Of a stretch of DNA of 64,000 nt, positions 20,825 through 31,339 are shown one piece after another. Every line of letters starts with the position of its first letter. The first letter of the stretch is position 1. The translations under genes were made by a program, and so were the position numbers. Below the pieces are notes generated by a model that was not told where the DNA came from, did no database searches, and saw only the letters and a program-made list of their open reading frames with translations. The stretch is from an uncultured delta proteobacterium (GTDB lineage: Bacteria > Desulfobacterota > Desulfomonilia > UBA1062), in NCBI GenBank assembly GCA_963752595.1, contig CAVVYZ010000019.1:32001-96000 (forward strand). Direction: 5' to 3'.

Positions 20825-22067
20825 TTGCTTTTTCCTCCGTCTTCAAGGCATTTTCTGCATTCCTCTTCTGTCTCGAAGGGCACGACTCCGCCACAGCCGC
20901 CCCAGAAGAATGCCTTGCAGGTCTTGCTGGCAGGGTCGTAGTAATACCGCTCGAACATGGCCTTGCACGGCCCCCGCTCGGGTTTCAGCGAGCATCGTTT
21001 TCCCTGGCGGGGTCGTCGAGAGAATCGAATACGCCGCCCCAGCGGTCATCCTGTTCTTCTTTGACTGCCCCTGCCTCGCGCGGGAGGCCGGTGGAGACAT
21101 CGACGAAGATGTCGTCCTTGAAGGAATATTTCCCGGTATAGCTCACCACCTGGATGTATGCCTTTTTGTCTTTGAAGAAATCCTCTCCACCCGGGTAGAT
21201 CCCGTCCAGGTCTTTTCTTCCTTCACGATGAGCGGCCGATGTGCTCGCGATGACGGGGATGTTCAGGCACAGCGGCCTCTGGCCGTAGGGCCTCTGCGCT
21301 TCCGGGTGCTTTTCTTTGTAGAGCGCGCCGCTGTACGGGTCGAGCGGCTCGTTGCCGGGAAAGCACAGGGTGACGGGCGCGATGATGATCAGCTCTATGC
21401 TGCCCTGCCCGCCGAAGGTGTTCGAGGTCTTCAGCGGGTAGTACAGCTCCTTGCTCTTGAACCGGTACGCCACCGGCTCGATGAAGCGTGTTTCGGTGCG
21501 ATACTTCTACATAATCGAGGACAAAGTAAACGAGCCCGCGCTTCACGTAGTCATTCACCACAGCCTCTTCCTCCGGATACTTCTCTTTGGCGGGAAGACC
21601 CTTGGCCTTGAAGTACTTATTCACCCACTGCCTGAACGTGGAGACGTCGTTGACCTTGATGACGGTCATGTCATGGGCCCCGAGCTTTTTGTTCAGGCGA
21701 AGCTCGACGCCTTCTGTCTTCGGAGCGGGGAGCCGCCTTTCGTATAATGAAGATACTGATATTTCAGTCCGTACTTTCTTGATCATGGCCGCTGCCTTGT
21801 CGAAGGCGCCTGCGGGCGCCAGGCCGACAGCCGGCTCGGAAGGGAAGGGGATGAACCGGATGATCCCGGTCTTTTTCGAGGCCTTGAGATCGGTGCCCAG
21901 GATCAGGACCTCTTCGGTGAGATTGTGCAGGATGATGGCCTTCTGGCTAGTCCTCGCTCACCGTGACCGGTTCATTGCTGACATAGACTCTGCCCATGTC
22001 GGCTCGGGCGGTGAAAGACAGGCTGAGCGAGAAAACCAGCACGGGGAAAAGCCCTGACGAAATACAT
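20821..22067 (-). CDS. Exported DUF2330-like protein with C-terminal BPTI/Kunitz domain, frameshifted
   Basis: QKAIILHN.TEEVLIL..IIRFIPFPSEP, LGAHDMTVIKV, YRFKSKELYYPLKTS (DUF2330 likeness is inference); last 60 codons read RCSLKPERGPCKAMFERYYYDPASKTCKAFFWGGCGGVVPFETEEECRKCLE. Confidence 0.7.
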
Positions 22068-22070
22068 ACC

Positions 22071-22862
22071 TTAAATATTCTGCCCATTCATTTCTCCGAT
22101 ATGCTTTTTTAACAGCTCAATCACTTCCTGCTTATCGTTCAGGATAGCCAGATCTAAGGCGGTGTTGCCCCTGTTATCCTGCATCTTCACGTCGGCCCCG
22201 GCATCGATCAGCAGCTTCACGATCTCAGCGTGTCCCTTTGTCGCGACCGAATGAATCGGCGCGTCACCGAATGCACCTTTGGCATTCATGTTTGCGCCAT
22301 TTTTAATGAGGATTTTTACTATTTCCGTGTACCCTCCATCCACGGCAACGTGAAGAGGGGTATCGCTTTTATTGTCTTTGACATTGACATCCGCACCTTT
22401 TGAAATGAGGAGCTTGAGCACTGCCGGATTGCCCCACCGGCAGGCTTGCCGGAGCGGGGTATATCCATAATTGTTTTTCACATTCACATCACTGCCTTTT
22501 TCAAGGAGGATTCTTACAATTTCTTCGAGCCTCTGATGGACTGCAACATACAGAGGCGTGTTGCCTTCCCCATTCCTGGCGCTCACATCTGCGCCGTGCT
22601 TTATCAGCACTTTCGCAGCCTCGGTCTGTTGGAAGTGAATTGCGGTATGTAAAGGGGTGATGCGGTATTGTTCATCACTGATAGTAATATCCGCGCCTTG
22701 TTTTATAAATTCCTCAACAATTTTCGGGTTTCCATTGCCGCCACCCAGATACGAGAGAAGGGCCTGCGATGGAGATTCCCCTTCAGCCGCAGCGCAATTG
22801 ACGGCGAACAGACCGATGGCAAGAGCCGACACAAATATTATTTTAAGCATTCCCATCGCCAT
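22071..22862 (-). CDS. Exported ankyrin-repeat protein
   Basis: Signal peptide followed by about six TPLH-type repeats, intact frame. Confidence 0.9.
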   Translation of the reverse strand: MAMGMLKIIFVSALAIGLFAVNCAAAEGESPSQALLSYLGGGNGNPKIVEEFIKQGADITISDEQYRITPLHTAIHFQQTEAAKVLIKHGADVSARNGEGNTPLYVAVHQRLEEIVRILLEKGSDVNVKNNYGYTPLRQACRWGNPAVLKLLISKGADVNVKDNKSDTPLHVAVDGGYTEIVKILIKNGANMNAKGAFGDAPIHSVATKGHAEIVKLLIDAGADVKMQDNRGNTALDLAILNDKQEVIELLKKHIGEMNGQNI

Positions 22863-23068
22863 TCCTGCCTCCGATTTTCTGCTTCCGGCCAATGAACAAG
22901 TAGGCGATGGGACCTAAAAAAGGCACGAAGATAATGGCTATCAGCCATATAAGCTTGTTGTTTCCCTTAAAGTCGCTCTTCAGGATATCGACAAAAGCCA
23001 ACAGCCAGGGAATAACCCCAATAAACAAAACGAGAATGATTAACTCAGGAAAGCCCGATTCCGGACAT
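22843..23068 (-). CDS. PLDc N-terminal domain small membrane protein
   Basis: AFVDILKSDFKGNNKLIWLIAIIFVPFLGPIAYLFIGR; GAGGAG then ATG at 23068, with an early indel. Confidence 0.8.
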
Positions 23069-23113
23069 GTAAGCTCCTCTTTTATGCAGAAGATGAAGAC
23101 TACGTCATAGCCT

Positions 23114-23612
23114 CTATGCATTTAACGGCGGCGTCTTGCAGCGGCGTGTGGCTCGAGCACCAGCAGGAGCTCGCCGGTGGACTGGTCGAAGATCTCCCAG
23201 CCGATGGCTTCCATTGTGCTCGATCCCTTTCCTTCCGGCCAGTCGATGATGCGGTCGATCCCTTCCAATGCCGTCTCGAAAGCACACGGCGACACGCTCA
23301 TACTCGGGCTTTGCGGGGTTCACCTTTCCGGGCTGAAGCATGGCCAGGGCACCGGCGAGGCTTTCCCTGGCTTTCGTATAATTCGCGGGCCGGTTTTCCA
23401 TCTTCGCGAGCACTTGCTCGCGGCTGCAGTCGGCAATTGCCTGAGCCCCGGCCTTGATGGCTGCCTGACAGTCGCTGTCGGAGTAGACGGGATACGGCAC
23501 GGTCTGCTTCGGGAGTGGTGGCGCAGCCAGCGGCCAGCGCCATCACCGCCAGACAGACGAGGATGCGGATACGGTTATTAAATTTCCAGCCAAGAAGCGA
23601 AGTCTTTTGCAT
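23114..23612 (-). CDS. Hypothetical lipoprotein, frameshifted
   Basis: Lipobox LAAGC in ORF 23298-23612 continuing into ORF 23114-23500. Confidence 0.55.
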
Positions 23613-25026
23613 AGTCCTTCATTCTCCTTCTGCATCTTCTTGTACTGATCGCCCCGTGAACGGATGGTCGCTTCATTCACCTCGGCAGCCCGAACGGTGA
23701 TATTGACCTCGTCCCAGTCGTCTGCCATGGCATCATGGAAGACCTGAGCGCTCTGGAGCTTCTCCAGCGTCGCCATCTCGGCGTCGATCTGACGGCCCAG
23801 CTGACCCCGGCCGTGACCGCATAGGCGGTGTCCATCGCTAGTTTCGGCTGCGCCCACAGCAATGCCGGCGTCCGCCGGACAGGGGTTTCGACAGCAGCTT
23901 GATCTTGAGGCGCCAGACCTTTTCGCGCGCCTCGCGGTCTTCGAACCACTGTGTGGCATCCTTGCCCTCTGTCTGCAGCCTTGTTGTAAGATTTCACGAT
24001 ATCCACCACGTTGGTGCCGATATCGTATGCCAACTTGCCGTTTGCAGCAGCTTGGTAATCTTCAGCTCCCGATCCAGGGAATCCTTCACGCCCTGCGGCA
24101 ACGTCTTGTCCTCCAGCGCATTCTCCAGATGCATCTCTGTTTTCGTCAGATTGAAATCCGCGAAGAAGCCGGCGGGATTGGCATTCTTGATTGCCTCTTT
24201 GATCTGGGCGTCCTTTTCGCGGATGCTCAGTGTCATCGCCAGGGCGAGCTTCTTCTTTTCCGCCCTTGCTTTGCTGTAGGCTTCGAGCTGCTTTCTCGGC
24301 CCGGGCGCGGGCGGCGGCGATGCCCTCTTTTTCCCTGATCTCGCGAAGCTCCTGGCTTCCCTCGATGTGATCGTCGAGCATCCGGGTGCGGCGCATCATG
24401 GCCGTCTCCACATTGCCCTGCGCCTTTTTCAGCTCCTCGTCCGTGGTTTTGCTCAAACCTGCATAGTTCTGTGCAATGAGATCATAGACGGCGATATTGG
24501 GATCGACCGGCTTCGGCTTTGGTGGGGAAGGCTTCGTCGCGGCCTTGTAAGCGGATACAACGCCATAGCGGATGGGCCCTGTGGGGACATACAGCGCCAT
24601 CCAGGGAAGGGCGCCCATACGCAGGCCGAAGGTGAATGCACCCGAGGCATACTCGTCGCTGTCCGGGACGTTGAGGAAATTCTGATAGCTGTCAATGAAG
24701 AAGTCTTCCTTAAGACTTCCGGCCATCTGCTTGAAATACCAGACGCCGCCTGCAAACACTCCGCCCACCATTCCCACGGGTGCGACAAAGATGGGCGCCC
24801 TCTCGAAGGAAGCGCCACCGCCGCCCGACCTTTCCGAGTCGTCGCCGCCTCCGCCACCGCCGCCGTCGTATGGGCAGTTTGGAGCATGGCCGCTGCCGCA
24901 GGGCCTGTCGCAGGAGGCGCAGACGCAATTCGGTTCCGGGATGTACGCCGACGAGGTTGTCGCGCCCAGTATCAATCCCGATAAAAACAAACACGCAACC
25001 AGCATCGGATAAAAACGTTTCTTCAT
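23600..25026 (-). CDS. Exported protein with Cys-rich N-terminus, Gly linker and helical C-terminus, frameshifted
   Basis: Signal peptide, CVCASCDRPCGSGHAPNC, poly-Gly, hydrophobic then coiled-coil-like segments; 3' end approximate. Confidence 0.65.
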
Positions 25027-25151
25027 CTTTTAATACCTCTCTCTTAAGCTGAATTCTCTCTCTTGCTTTAGCCGGTGATACAGGCCGTGCCGTCATTGCC
25101 GCAGCCTGTGGTATTCTTATGAGTCTCTTCGATGCACATTCTTATGGCAGT

Positions 25152-25457
25152 CTAGTCGAGGAAGCCGGGTTTCGAACCGGTTATGATCCGGCCGTCATGG
25201 GAGATTATGCACTGATAGCGGCCCATGCCCCTTTTCGGAACCAGGATGCACTCTTTTTCGTTTATCACGATCATGTAATCCTTCTTGGAAAAAACAGACA
25301 GATACTCGTCCAGGGGCTTTCCCTTTACGGCTTGATTGCAGGCATCGGCAGCCATATTTTTGGCCTGCCGCATGTCCCATAGGGTATAAGCCGCCGGTAT
25401 TGCGATCAGAAGGAAAAGGACAATGGTGAAATATTTTTTAAACTTTTTCATCTGCAC
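25152..25457 (-). CDS. Small membrane-anchored hypothetical protein
   Basis: N-terminal TM segment, three Cys, 101 aa. Confidence 0.65.
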   Translation of the reverse strand: MQMKKFKKYFTIVLFLLIAIPAAYTLWDMRQAKNMAADACNQAVKGKPLDEYLSVFSKKDYMIVINEKECILVPKRGMGRYQCIISHDGRIITGSKPGFLD

Positions 25458-25685
25458 GATAGCCGCCCACCAATTTCGTCGTTCAAGTGCGTCCTGAATA
25501 AGTTGCCGGGATGTACAGCATCACGATCCGGCGCTGATTTTCCCTTAAAAACCGTGATGTGATTTCATTATATCATCCAAACGATTCCTGGGATACACCA
25601 ATTGCCTTTTTAACGGGGGTATCGGATCTTTTCATTTTTTTAGAGAGAATTCTTTTTACTCCTTCTGCGAAAAGATCTGGGCCGG

Positions 25686-26834
25686 CTACATCCACCCGTC
25701 GGTCAGGCGGTCTTTCAGCTTGTCGCTGAGGAAGCCCTTCCACCGGCTTGCAGCGATCTCCTTTGCATCGGCTGCTGTGATTCTTCCGCCATTGAGCATC
25801 TTGAAGCCGGTCTGAAGCTCGGTATCGGAAAACGGGGCTTCACCCAATCCCAGCTCTGCTCCCTGCCTCGTCACCTTGTCGAGGTCGTTCATGATGGCCT
25901 GATAATCGCTCGGGCTGCCGTTGGCCAGCGTGCCGACAAGGCGCTGCGGCTCTAAGGTCTGGAAGAGGTCGCCCGTGAACTCGTTCATCTTGTCCACGTG
26001 CTCGACCGCGAGTTCGGCGTTCTGCGCGCTGGTGGGAAGGGCGCCCTTGATCAGATCCTTCGCGATGTCCTTCACCGCGTCCTTTGCCACATCCTTCGCA
26101 TACTCGATACCCGACTTCATGATGCCGTCCTGTAGGGAAGAGGTCTCCGTGGTCAGTGGTTCTGCAAGCTGTTCCATTGTGGGGGCCCTCACGTCAGGGG
26201 CTCCTGTACCCAGGATTTGGGGAGTGGCGGTTTCTCCGCTGATCGCAACAGGCGCTTCATCGCGCTGTCCGTCAGTGAGATTGGAGGGCGCTCCGGCGGG
26301 GTTAGACTGGATGCCGAAAAATGCCGTGCCCTGGCCCTGACCGGGAACGCTGAACACATCGTCGAGGCTCTCCGATATCTCGCGGTCTCTGCCGTCCCAG
26401 AAATTACGCAAATGCTCGGCAGAGATGAGCCGATCCTTGCGCTGTTCCTCCGCGAGCCTCTTCTGTTCCGCTTCCGCCATTGCCTGCGCAGCCTCGGCCT
26501 GTGCCGTGTCGGCAGCATCCATTGCATTGAGGATGTCGATCACCATCATACTCGTAGTGAGCGCATTCATGGTGGCTATGCTCGATGCGGAAGGCTTTTT
26601 AACGGTATTCTGTACCTTTACCTGAGTGTTCTGGGTGTTCTTTCCGTAGCCCGGTACCCGGGTGGGAGGGGGAACACGAGGGATGGAGCGGTCGATCGTC
26701 TGGCCGGTGATACTTTCAAGATCCTCGATTCCGCCGCTTCGAGCCGGGTCCGGGGATGTCAGTGCCGCAATGAAGAACACGGCAACGATAACTGCTGCTG
26801 AGCGGATGCATGCCATAACTCTTTCCCCTTTCAC
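25686..26834 (-). CDS. Exported hypothetical protein
   Basis: Signal peptide, Pro-rich and coiled-coil segments, intact 382 aa. Confidence 0.75.
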   Translation of the reverse strand: MKGERVMACIRSAAVIVAVFFIAALTSPDPARSGGIEDLESITGQTIDRSIPRVPPPTRVPGYGKNTQNTQVKVQNTVKKPSASSIATMNALTTSMMVIDILNAMDAADTAQAEAAQAMAEAEQKRLAEEQRKDRLISAEHLRNFWDGRDREISESLDDVFSVPGQGQGTAFFGIQSNPAGAPSNLTDGQRDEAPVAISGETATPQILGTGAPDVRAPTMEQLAEPLTTETSSLQDGIMKSGIEYAKDVAKDAVKDIAKDLIKGALPTSAQNAELAVEHVDKMNEFTGDLFQTLEPQRLVGTLANGSPSDYQAIMNDLDKVTRQGAELGLGEAPFSDTELQTGFKMLNGGRITAADAKEIAASRWKGFLSDKLKDRLTDGWM

Positions 26835-26853
26835 GGAAATTCCGTGGCCGTAT

Positions 26854-28584
26854 CTATTTTGCCTGGAGCTTCTTCAGCTCCTCCGAAGCAGCCTCTTTGA
26901 GCGAGGCATCGACAGCGGCTGCCTTCTCGAAATCCTTCTTTGCATCGCCGGTGCGGCCCAGGGCTGCAAGGCACCTGCCCCTGGCAAGGCATGCCTCGCC
27001 GTCTTCAGGGGCCATTGCCAGTGCCTGATTGAGCATTTTGAGGCCTTCATCCTTGCGGCCGTCCATGGTCAGCGCCGATCCGTAGGTAACATAGGCCCAG
27101 GACTGGCCGGGATTGAGCTTCAGAGCCTTGCGGCTGTCGCTGACAGCGTCTCTGGTCTTGCCTTTGGAGAGGTTGATGTTCGCTCTGGTAAGCAGCGCCA
27201 TGACCTCTTTGGGCTCCAGGGTGAGTGCATTGGTGCTGTCTTCGAGCGCACGGTCGAGAGAGCCCGCTTTCAGGCGTGCGAATCCGCGCAATGCGTATGC
27301 AGTGCTTGAGGTTTTGGCCGCAAGGGATGCTGTGCAGTCATCAACTGCCTGTTCATGCCGGCGGAGCATGATGTTTGTGAGTGCCCTTTCGAGCAGCAAC
27401 GCCGCATCTTGAGGGGCAATATTGACCGCCTTGTCGTATGCTGCCAGGGCGTTCGCCAGCTCGCCCTTCTCACGGTACGCCCGACCGGCGAAGCGGTGGA
27501 AATCCAGGTTGCCGGGTGCGATCCTTATGCCGCCGTCAGCGTATTCGGCCAGTGCATCGAAATCGCCGAGCGCAACCGATGCCTGGCAGGCGGTAAGATA
27601 GGGCCTGGCTTCCCGCGACCCCAGTGCGATGGCCGTATAGGCATCCCTGGCCGCGGCGTCCCATTTTCCGCCCCGGGCCAGCACCTCTGCGCGAACGATG
27701 TACGGAGCAGTAGCCTCGGGCTTGAGCTTGATCGCCCGTGTCAGGTCTTTGGCAGCATCGGTAAGCTTACCCGAGCCTGCATGTGCCCTGCCCCGGTGGT
27801 AAAAGGCCTCTGCCGATTTCTTATTCAAGGCAATGCTTTTGTCCAGGTCGGCTCTCGCCTCCTGCCACATCCCTTTCTCCACATAGGCACGCCCCCGGTT
27901 CAGGAGTGAAACTGCATCATCCGGCCGGAGAGAGAGTGCTTTCGTGTACACGATGGCGGCATTATCCCAGTCGTGCATCTCGCGGTACGCGATCCCCTGG
28001 ACGCTCATCGCCTCGACGAGCTTCGGGTCGATCTCCGCGGCGCGCCGGGCATCGGCCAAAGCCTGGGGCCAGCTGCCCTTGAACGACTGAATCCAGGCTC
28101 GCTCCAGGATGATATGCGCATTGTCCGGAAAGCGTTTGACGGCCTCGTCTGCCTGTTTCAAGGCTGCATCGGGCTCTCCCAGCATGCGCATCGCCTGGAG
28201 CTGATACGCAACAGGCATGGGATCGGATGCATTCTTCTGAGCGGCATCTGACGCCGCTGCCATGAGCTCCAGCCAGCGGCTTTCACCGGCCAGTTTGGCA
28301 AGGTCGGTCTTGAGAGGCTGATTCGTTTTCAGGAGGGACGGTTCTCCGGCCCATGCCGGCGTCTGAACCGTGATCAGCGCCAGTGCAGTGAATCCGGCGA
28401 CAAGGGCTATGATGAAGCACCCCGCAGCAAGCAGTTGGGTATCAAAAAGCCTTCTGATTCTCCCCCCTCTCCTGTGTCCTCTCACGACCCGCTTTGCGGG
28501 TGCCCCGGGGGAGAGGAAAAAAGGGGAACCCCGCAGCAGGCTGCGAGATACCATCTGAATGAAGGCAGCGGTCGCACTGCGCAT
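26854..28584 (-). CDS. Tetratricopeptide-repeat protein with export/TM segment
   Basis: Many 34-aa repeats (LLNRGRAY..G....A..DL.K.I.L; FYHRGRA); AAGGGGG before ATG 28584. Confidence 0.9.
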   Translation of the reverse strand: MRSATAAFIQMVSRSLLRGSPFFLSPGAPAKRVVRGHRRGGRIRRLFDTQLLAAGCFIIALVAGFTALALITVQTPAWAGEPSLLKTNQPLKTDLAKLAGESRWLELMAAASDAAQKNASDPMPVAYQLQAMRMLGEPDAALKQADEAVKRFPDNAHIILERAWIQSFKGSWPQALADARRAAEIDPKLVEAMSVQGIAYREMHDWDNAAIVYTKALSLRPDDAVSLLNRGRAYVEKGMWQEARADLDKSIALNKKSAEAFYHRGRAHAGSGKLTDAAKDLTRAIKLKPEATAPYIVRAEVLARGGKWDAAARDAYTAIALGSREARPYLTACQASVALGDFDALAEYADGGIRIAPGNLDFHRFAGRAYREKGELANALAAYDKAVNIAPQDAALLLERALTNIMLRRHEQAVDDCTASLAAKTSSTAYALRGFARLKAGSLDRALEDSTNALTLEPKEVMALLTRANINLSKGKTRDAVSDSRKALKLNPGQSWAYVTYGSALTMDGRKDEGLKMLNQALAMAPEDGEACLARGRCLAALGRTGDAKKDFEKAAAVDASLKEAASEELKKLQAK

Positions 28585-28598
28585 GGAATACCCCCTTC

Positions 28599-29891
28599 TC
28601 AGTTCTGTCTTTTTACAGCCGCTTCCTGCTTGATGGCGGCCAGGATGGGTTTGAGTACCTCGATGCGCTGGCGGCACAGGACAGAGAACTCCCGGTCAGG
28701 TGCAGGGTCGCCCTGTCCCTTTTCCACTATGGCTTGAGCGCGGTCTTTTGCCTGTTCGGCCTGCCCGCTCAGATCCAGTATCGACTTTTCGATGCGGGTT
28801 GCCAGTGCCGGCAGTTCGTCACCGGTTTTTTCCTTCAGGATTCTCGTCAGCGATCTGTTCTTTGCCTCCAGCAGCACGCCGTTGCTCCATCGCAAAACCT
28901 CGGACCTGTCGGCACCCGAGAGATCAGGGGTCTCGATGAAATCCTCCAGGGGAGCTTCCTCGACAGCGCGCACGACCACCTTGGCGGGCACGCCGTTTTC
29001 CATGAGGACACCCACGGCGGTCAGGGCCTTTACCGAACGCAGGTACCCGGTCACCGGGTGCCAGGCTCCGGTCTCATCACGCCGGGCCACGATCACTTCA
29101 TCCAGAGGCTTTAACCCGCGTCTGGGATAATCCTTATATATGAGTGCGGTAAAACTGTCAGCGCTGTTCAGTTTTTGGGAGAGTGAGGGGGCGAGGTAGC
29201 TCCAGCAATGCCGGCCGTCGATCGTGACCTCCTGCAGGCGCGTTCTCCGCACCTGGTAGTCGTTCGCCAGTCCGGCCTGATCTGCCGTGCGAAGGGATTT
29301 TACGACCGCCTCGACGTGGCAGTTGGTTCTATAATCTCCCTGCTTGGCGGTGGCTTTTTTGATGTTTTCTTCAAAGTTGATGAATAGAATTTGATAGTCC
29401 CTCGGCAGGTCCGATGGTCCGACAATCGGCAGAAGGCCCAGTGGGCCCAGAATGGTCATCCACTTGACCTCTTCGAATTCAAAGGCGACCTTTCCGGCCG
29501 GTACGCTTTCTCCCAGGGCATTTATCAGTCTGGTCTTCACGTTGTACGTGGTCTTTTCCGTGCCGGGAAAGGGTATCATCCCCAGGCTGCAGAAACCTGT
29601 CAGAAAAGCCGCGCGATTCATTGATGAATCATGGCTGAAATCAGTCTCGACCACCACCGGCAGGCCGGTCCACTCGTCCGTAAACAGGTTGGGATAGAGT
29701 TCCCTGGAGCGTACAGCGAGTGTCTCATCTTTCCCATCGAGGCTTACGATACTGAAGCGCACGTCGCCCATTTGCAGTGTCTTGTCGCCCGAAGGCTTGA
29801 GTGTGCTTACGTAGCGTGTCGAAGCACAGCCGCTCAAAGCGCTGAGTATTAGTACCGCTGCCAGCCATGTCACAGTTGTTTGAAATTTCAT
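28599..29891 (-). CDS. Lipoprotein paralog 3 of tandem triplet
   Basis: Lipobox LSGC; shared C-terminus LRWSNGVLLEAKN..GDPAPDRE.SVLCRQRIEVLKPILAAIK. Confidence 0.85.
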   Translation of the reverse strand: MKFQTTVTWLAAVLILSALSGCASTRYVSTLKPSGDKTLQMGDVRFSIVSLDGKDETLAVRSRELYPNLFTDEWTGLPVVVETDFSHDSSMNRAAFLTGFCSLGMIPFPGTEKTTYNVKTRLINALGESVPAGKVAFEFEEVKWMTILGPLGLLPIVGPSDLPRDYQILFINFEENIKKATAKQGDYRTNCHVEAVVKSLRTADQAGLANDYQVRRTRLQEVTIDGRHCWSYLAPSLSQKLNSADSFTALIYKDYPRRGLKPLDEVIVARRDETGAWHPVTGYLRSVKALTAVGVLMENGVPAKVVVRAVEEAPLEDFIETPDLSGADRSEVLRWSNGVLLEAKNRSLTRILKEKTGDELPALATRIEKSILDLSGQAEQAKDRAQAIVEKGQGDPAPDREFSVLCRQRIEVLKPILAAIKQEAAVKRQN

Positions 29892-29906
29892 CCCGGACTC
29901 CTTCTC

Positions 29907-31241
29907 CTACGGTTTTCCGGCCGCAGCATCCTTTATGGCGGCCAGGATGGGCTTGAGCACCTCGATACGCTGGCGGCACAAGACTGACAGCTCCCGGTCA
30001 GGCGCAGGGTCGCCCTGGCCCTTTTCCACCTTTGTCTGCGCGCTGTCCTTGGCCCGCTCGGCCTGCTCGCTCAAATCCAGGATCGATTTCTCGATGCGGG
30101 TTGCCAGGGCCAGCAGCTCTTCACCGGTTTTTTCCTTCAGAATTTTCTGTAGTGATTTGTTCTTTGCCTCCAGCAGCACACCGTTGCTCCAGCGCAGGGT
30201 CTGGGCCTGGTCGGCTCCGGAGAGGTCCGGGGTTTCGATGAATTCCTCCAGAGGCGGCTCGTCGACAGTTCTCATCGCCACCTTTGCTGGGACGCCGTTG
30301 TCCATGAGGACACTGACAGCGGTCAGGCTCTTTGCACGGCGCAGATATCCGGTCTCCGGCATCCAGTTGCCGCTGCCGTCGCGGCGGGCTACGACTACCT
30401 CTTCATATGGCTTTGTTCCGCGCTTCGGCTGCACCTGGTACAGCAAGGCAGTGAAGGAAACCGGCCGGCTATTCTCTTTCGAGATATTCGGCGCGAGGAA
30501 GCTCCAGAAAGTGCGTCCGTCGATGGTAACCTCCTGGAGGCGTGATGCACGTGCCTTGTAGGCAGTATCAAGCAGGGCGGGATCTGCTGAACGAAGGTCC
30601 TTGACCACCGACTCGACGATGCAGTCGGCTACAAAGGTCGGGAGCTTGGTCTTTGAATAGGCATCCTCGGTCAGCGGGAAAAAGAGAAAGATGCCGTCCC
30701 GCGGCAGGTCAGCCTGTCCCGGGACCGGGATGCAGCCCAGCGGTCCGATGAGGCTTATCCACACGGCCTGCTCAATCTTGAATTTCGTATCCTTGGTGAT
30801 CAGGCTTTCGCCCAGCGCATTGCGCACATCCGAGGATACCGAGAAGTCCATCGTAATCTTCCCGGGGAAAGGGATCACCCCAGCTGTCAGTGCTGTCAGA
30901 AATGCCGATATCATCATCGAAGTCTCAGAGTACTCGGCATCGGCCTTGATCATTACCGGCAATGCCGTCCATTCGTCCGTGAAAATATCGGGGTAGAGGG
31001 TCCTGGCCCGCTGAGCCAGAAAATCCGGGGTGACAGGGTCCATCCAGGCCCCTGCCGGTAAACTGTTCTTGTCGTAAACGCCGGTATAGCTGATGAGGCT
31101 GAAACGTGCATGGCCGAGCGCGAGGTTCGTTTCGCCCGAGGGCTTCAGGGTGCTTGCCAGGCGCATCGAGCCGCAGCCGCTCATAAACATGACCATCAGG
31201 ATCATTATCATCCATTTCAAAGTTGCCCGGTACGCTTTCAT
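29907..31241 (-). CDS. Lipoprotein paralog 2 of tandem triplet
   Basis: Lipobox MSGC; same conserved C-terminus. Confidence 0.85.
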   Translation of the reverse strand: MKAYRATLKWMIMILMVMFMSGCGSMRLASTLKPSGETNLALGHARFSLISYTGVYDKNSLPAGAWMDPVTPDFLAQRARTLYPDIFTDEWTALPVMIKADAEYSETSMMISAFLTALTAGVIPFPGKITMDFSVSSDVRNALGESLITKDTKFKIEQAVWISLIGPLGCIPVPGQADLPRDGIFLFFPLTEDAYSKTKLPTFVADCIVESVVKDLRSADPALLDTAYKARASRLQEVTIDGRTFWSFLAPNISKENSRPVSFTALLYQVQPKRGTKPYEEVVVARRDGSGNWMPETGYLRRAKSLTAVSVLMDNGVPAKVAMRTVDEPPLEEFIETPDLSGADQAQTLRWSNGVLLEAKNKSLQKILKEKTGEELLALATRIEKSILDLSEQAERAKDSAQTKVEKGQGDPAPDRELSVLCRQRIEVLKPILAAIKDAAAGKP

Positions 31242-31339
31242 TGCCCCTCCTCTCTTCTCATCGGGTAATTCTTATGTCGGTTTTTCCTTTAATATCCCTT
31301 AGCCTGGTACATCGGAGTGCAGGCTCATACGCTTCTTCT

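Noticed and set aside
16258-21611. Long plus-strand ORFs such as 16258-17334, 19767-20744 and 20787-21611
   Set aside because: Antisense shadows of GC3-rich genes, with no motifs of their own.
21940-21955. In-frame TAG suggesting pyrrolysine/readthrough in the DUF2330-like gene
   Set aside because: The reading frame also shifts at this point, so it is an indel artefact rather than recoding.
17625-25457. Integron cassette array
   Set aside because: Genes overlap or abut with no room for attC sites, and no integrase was seen.
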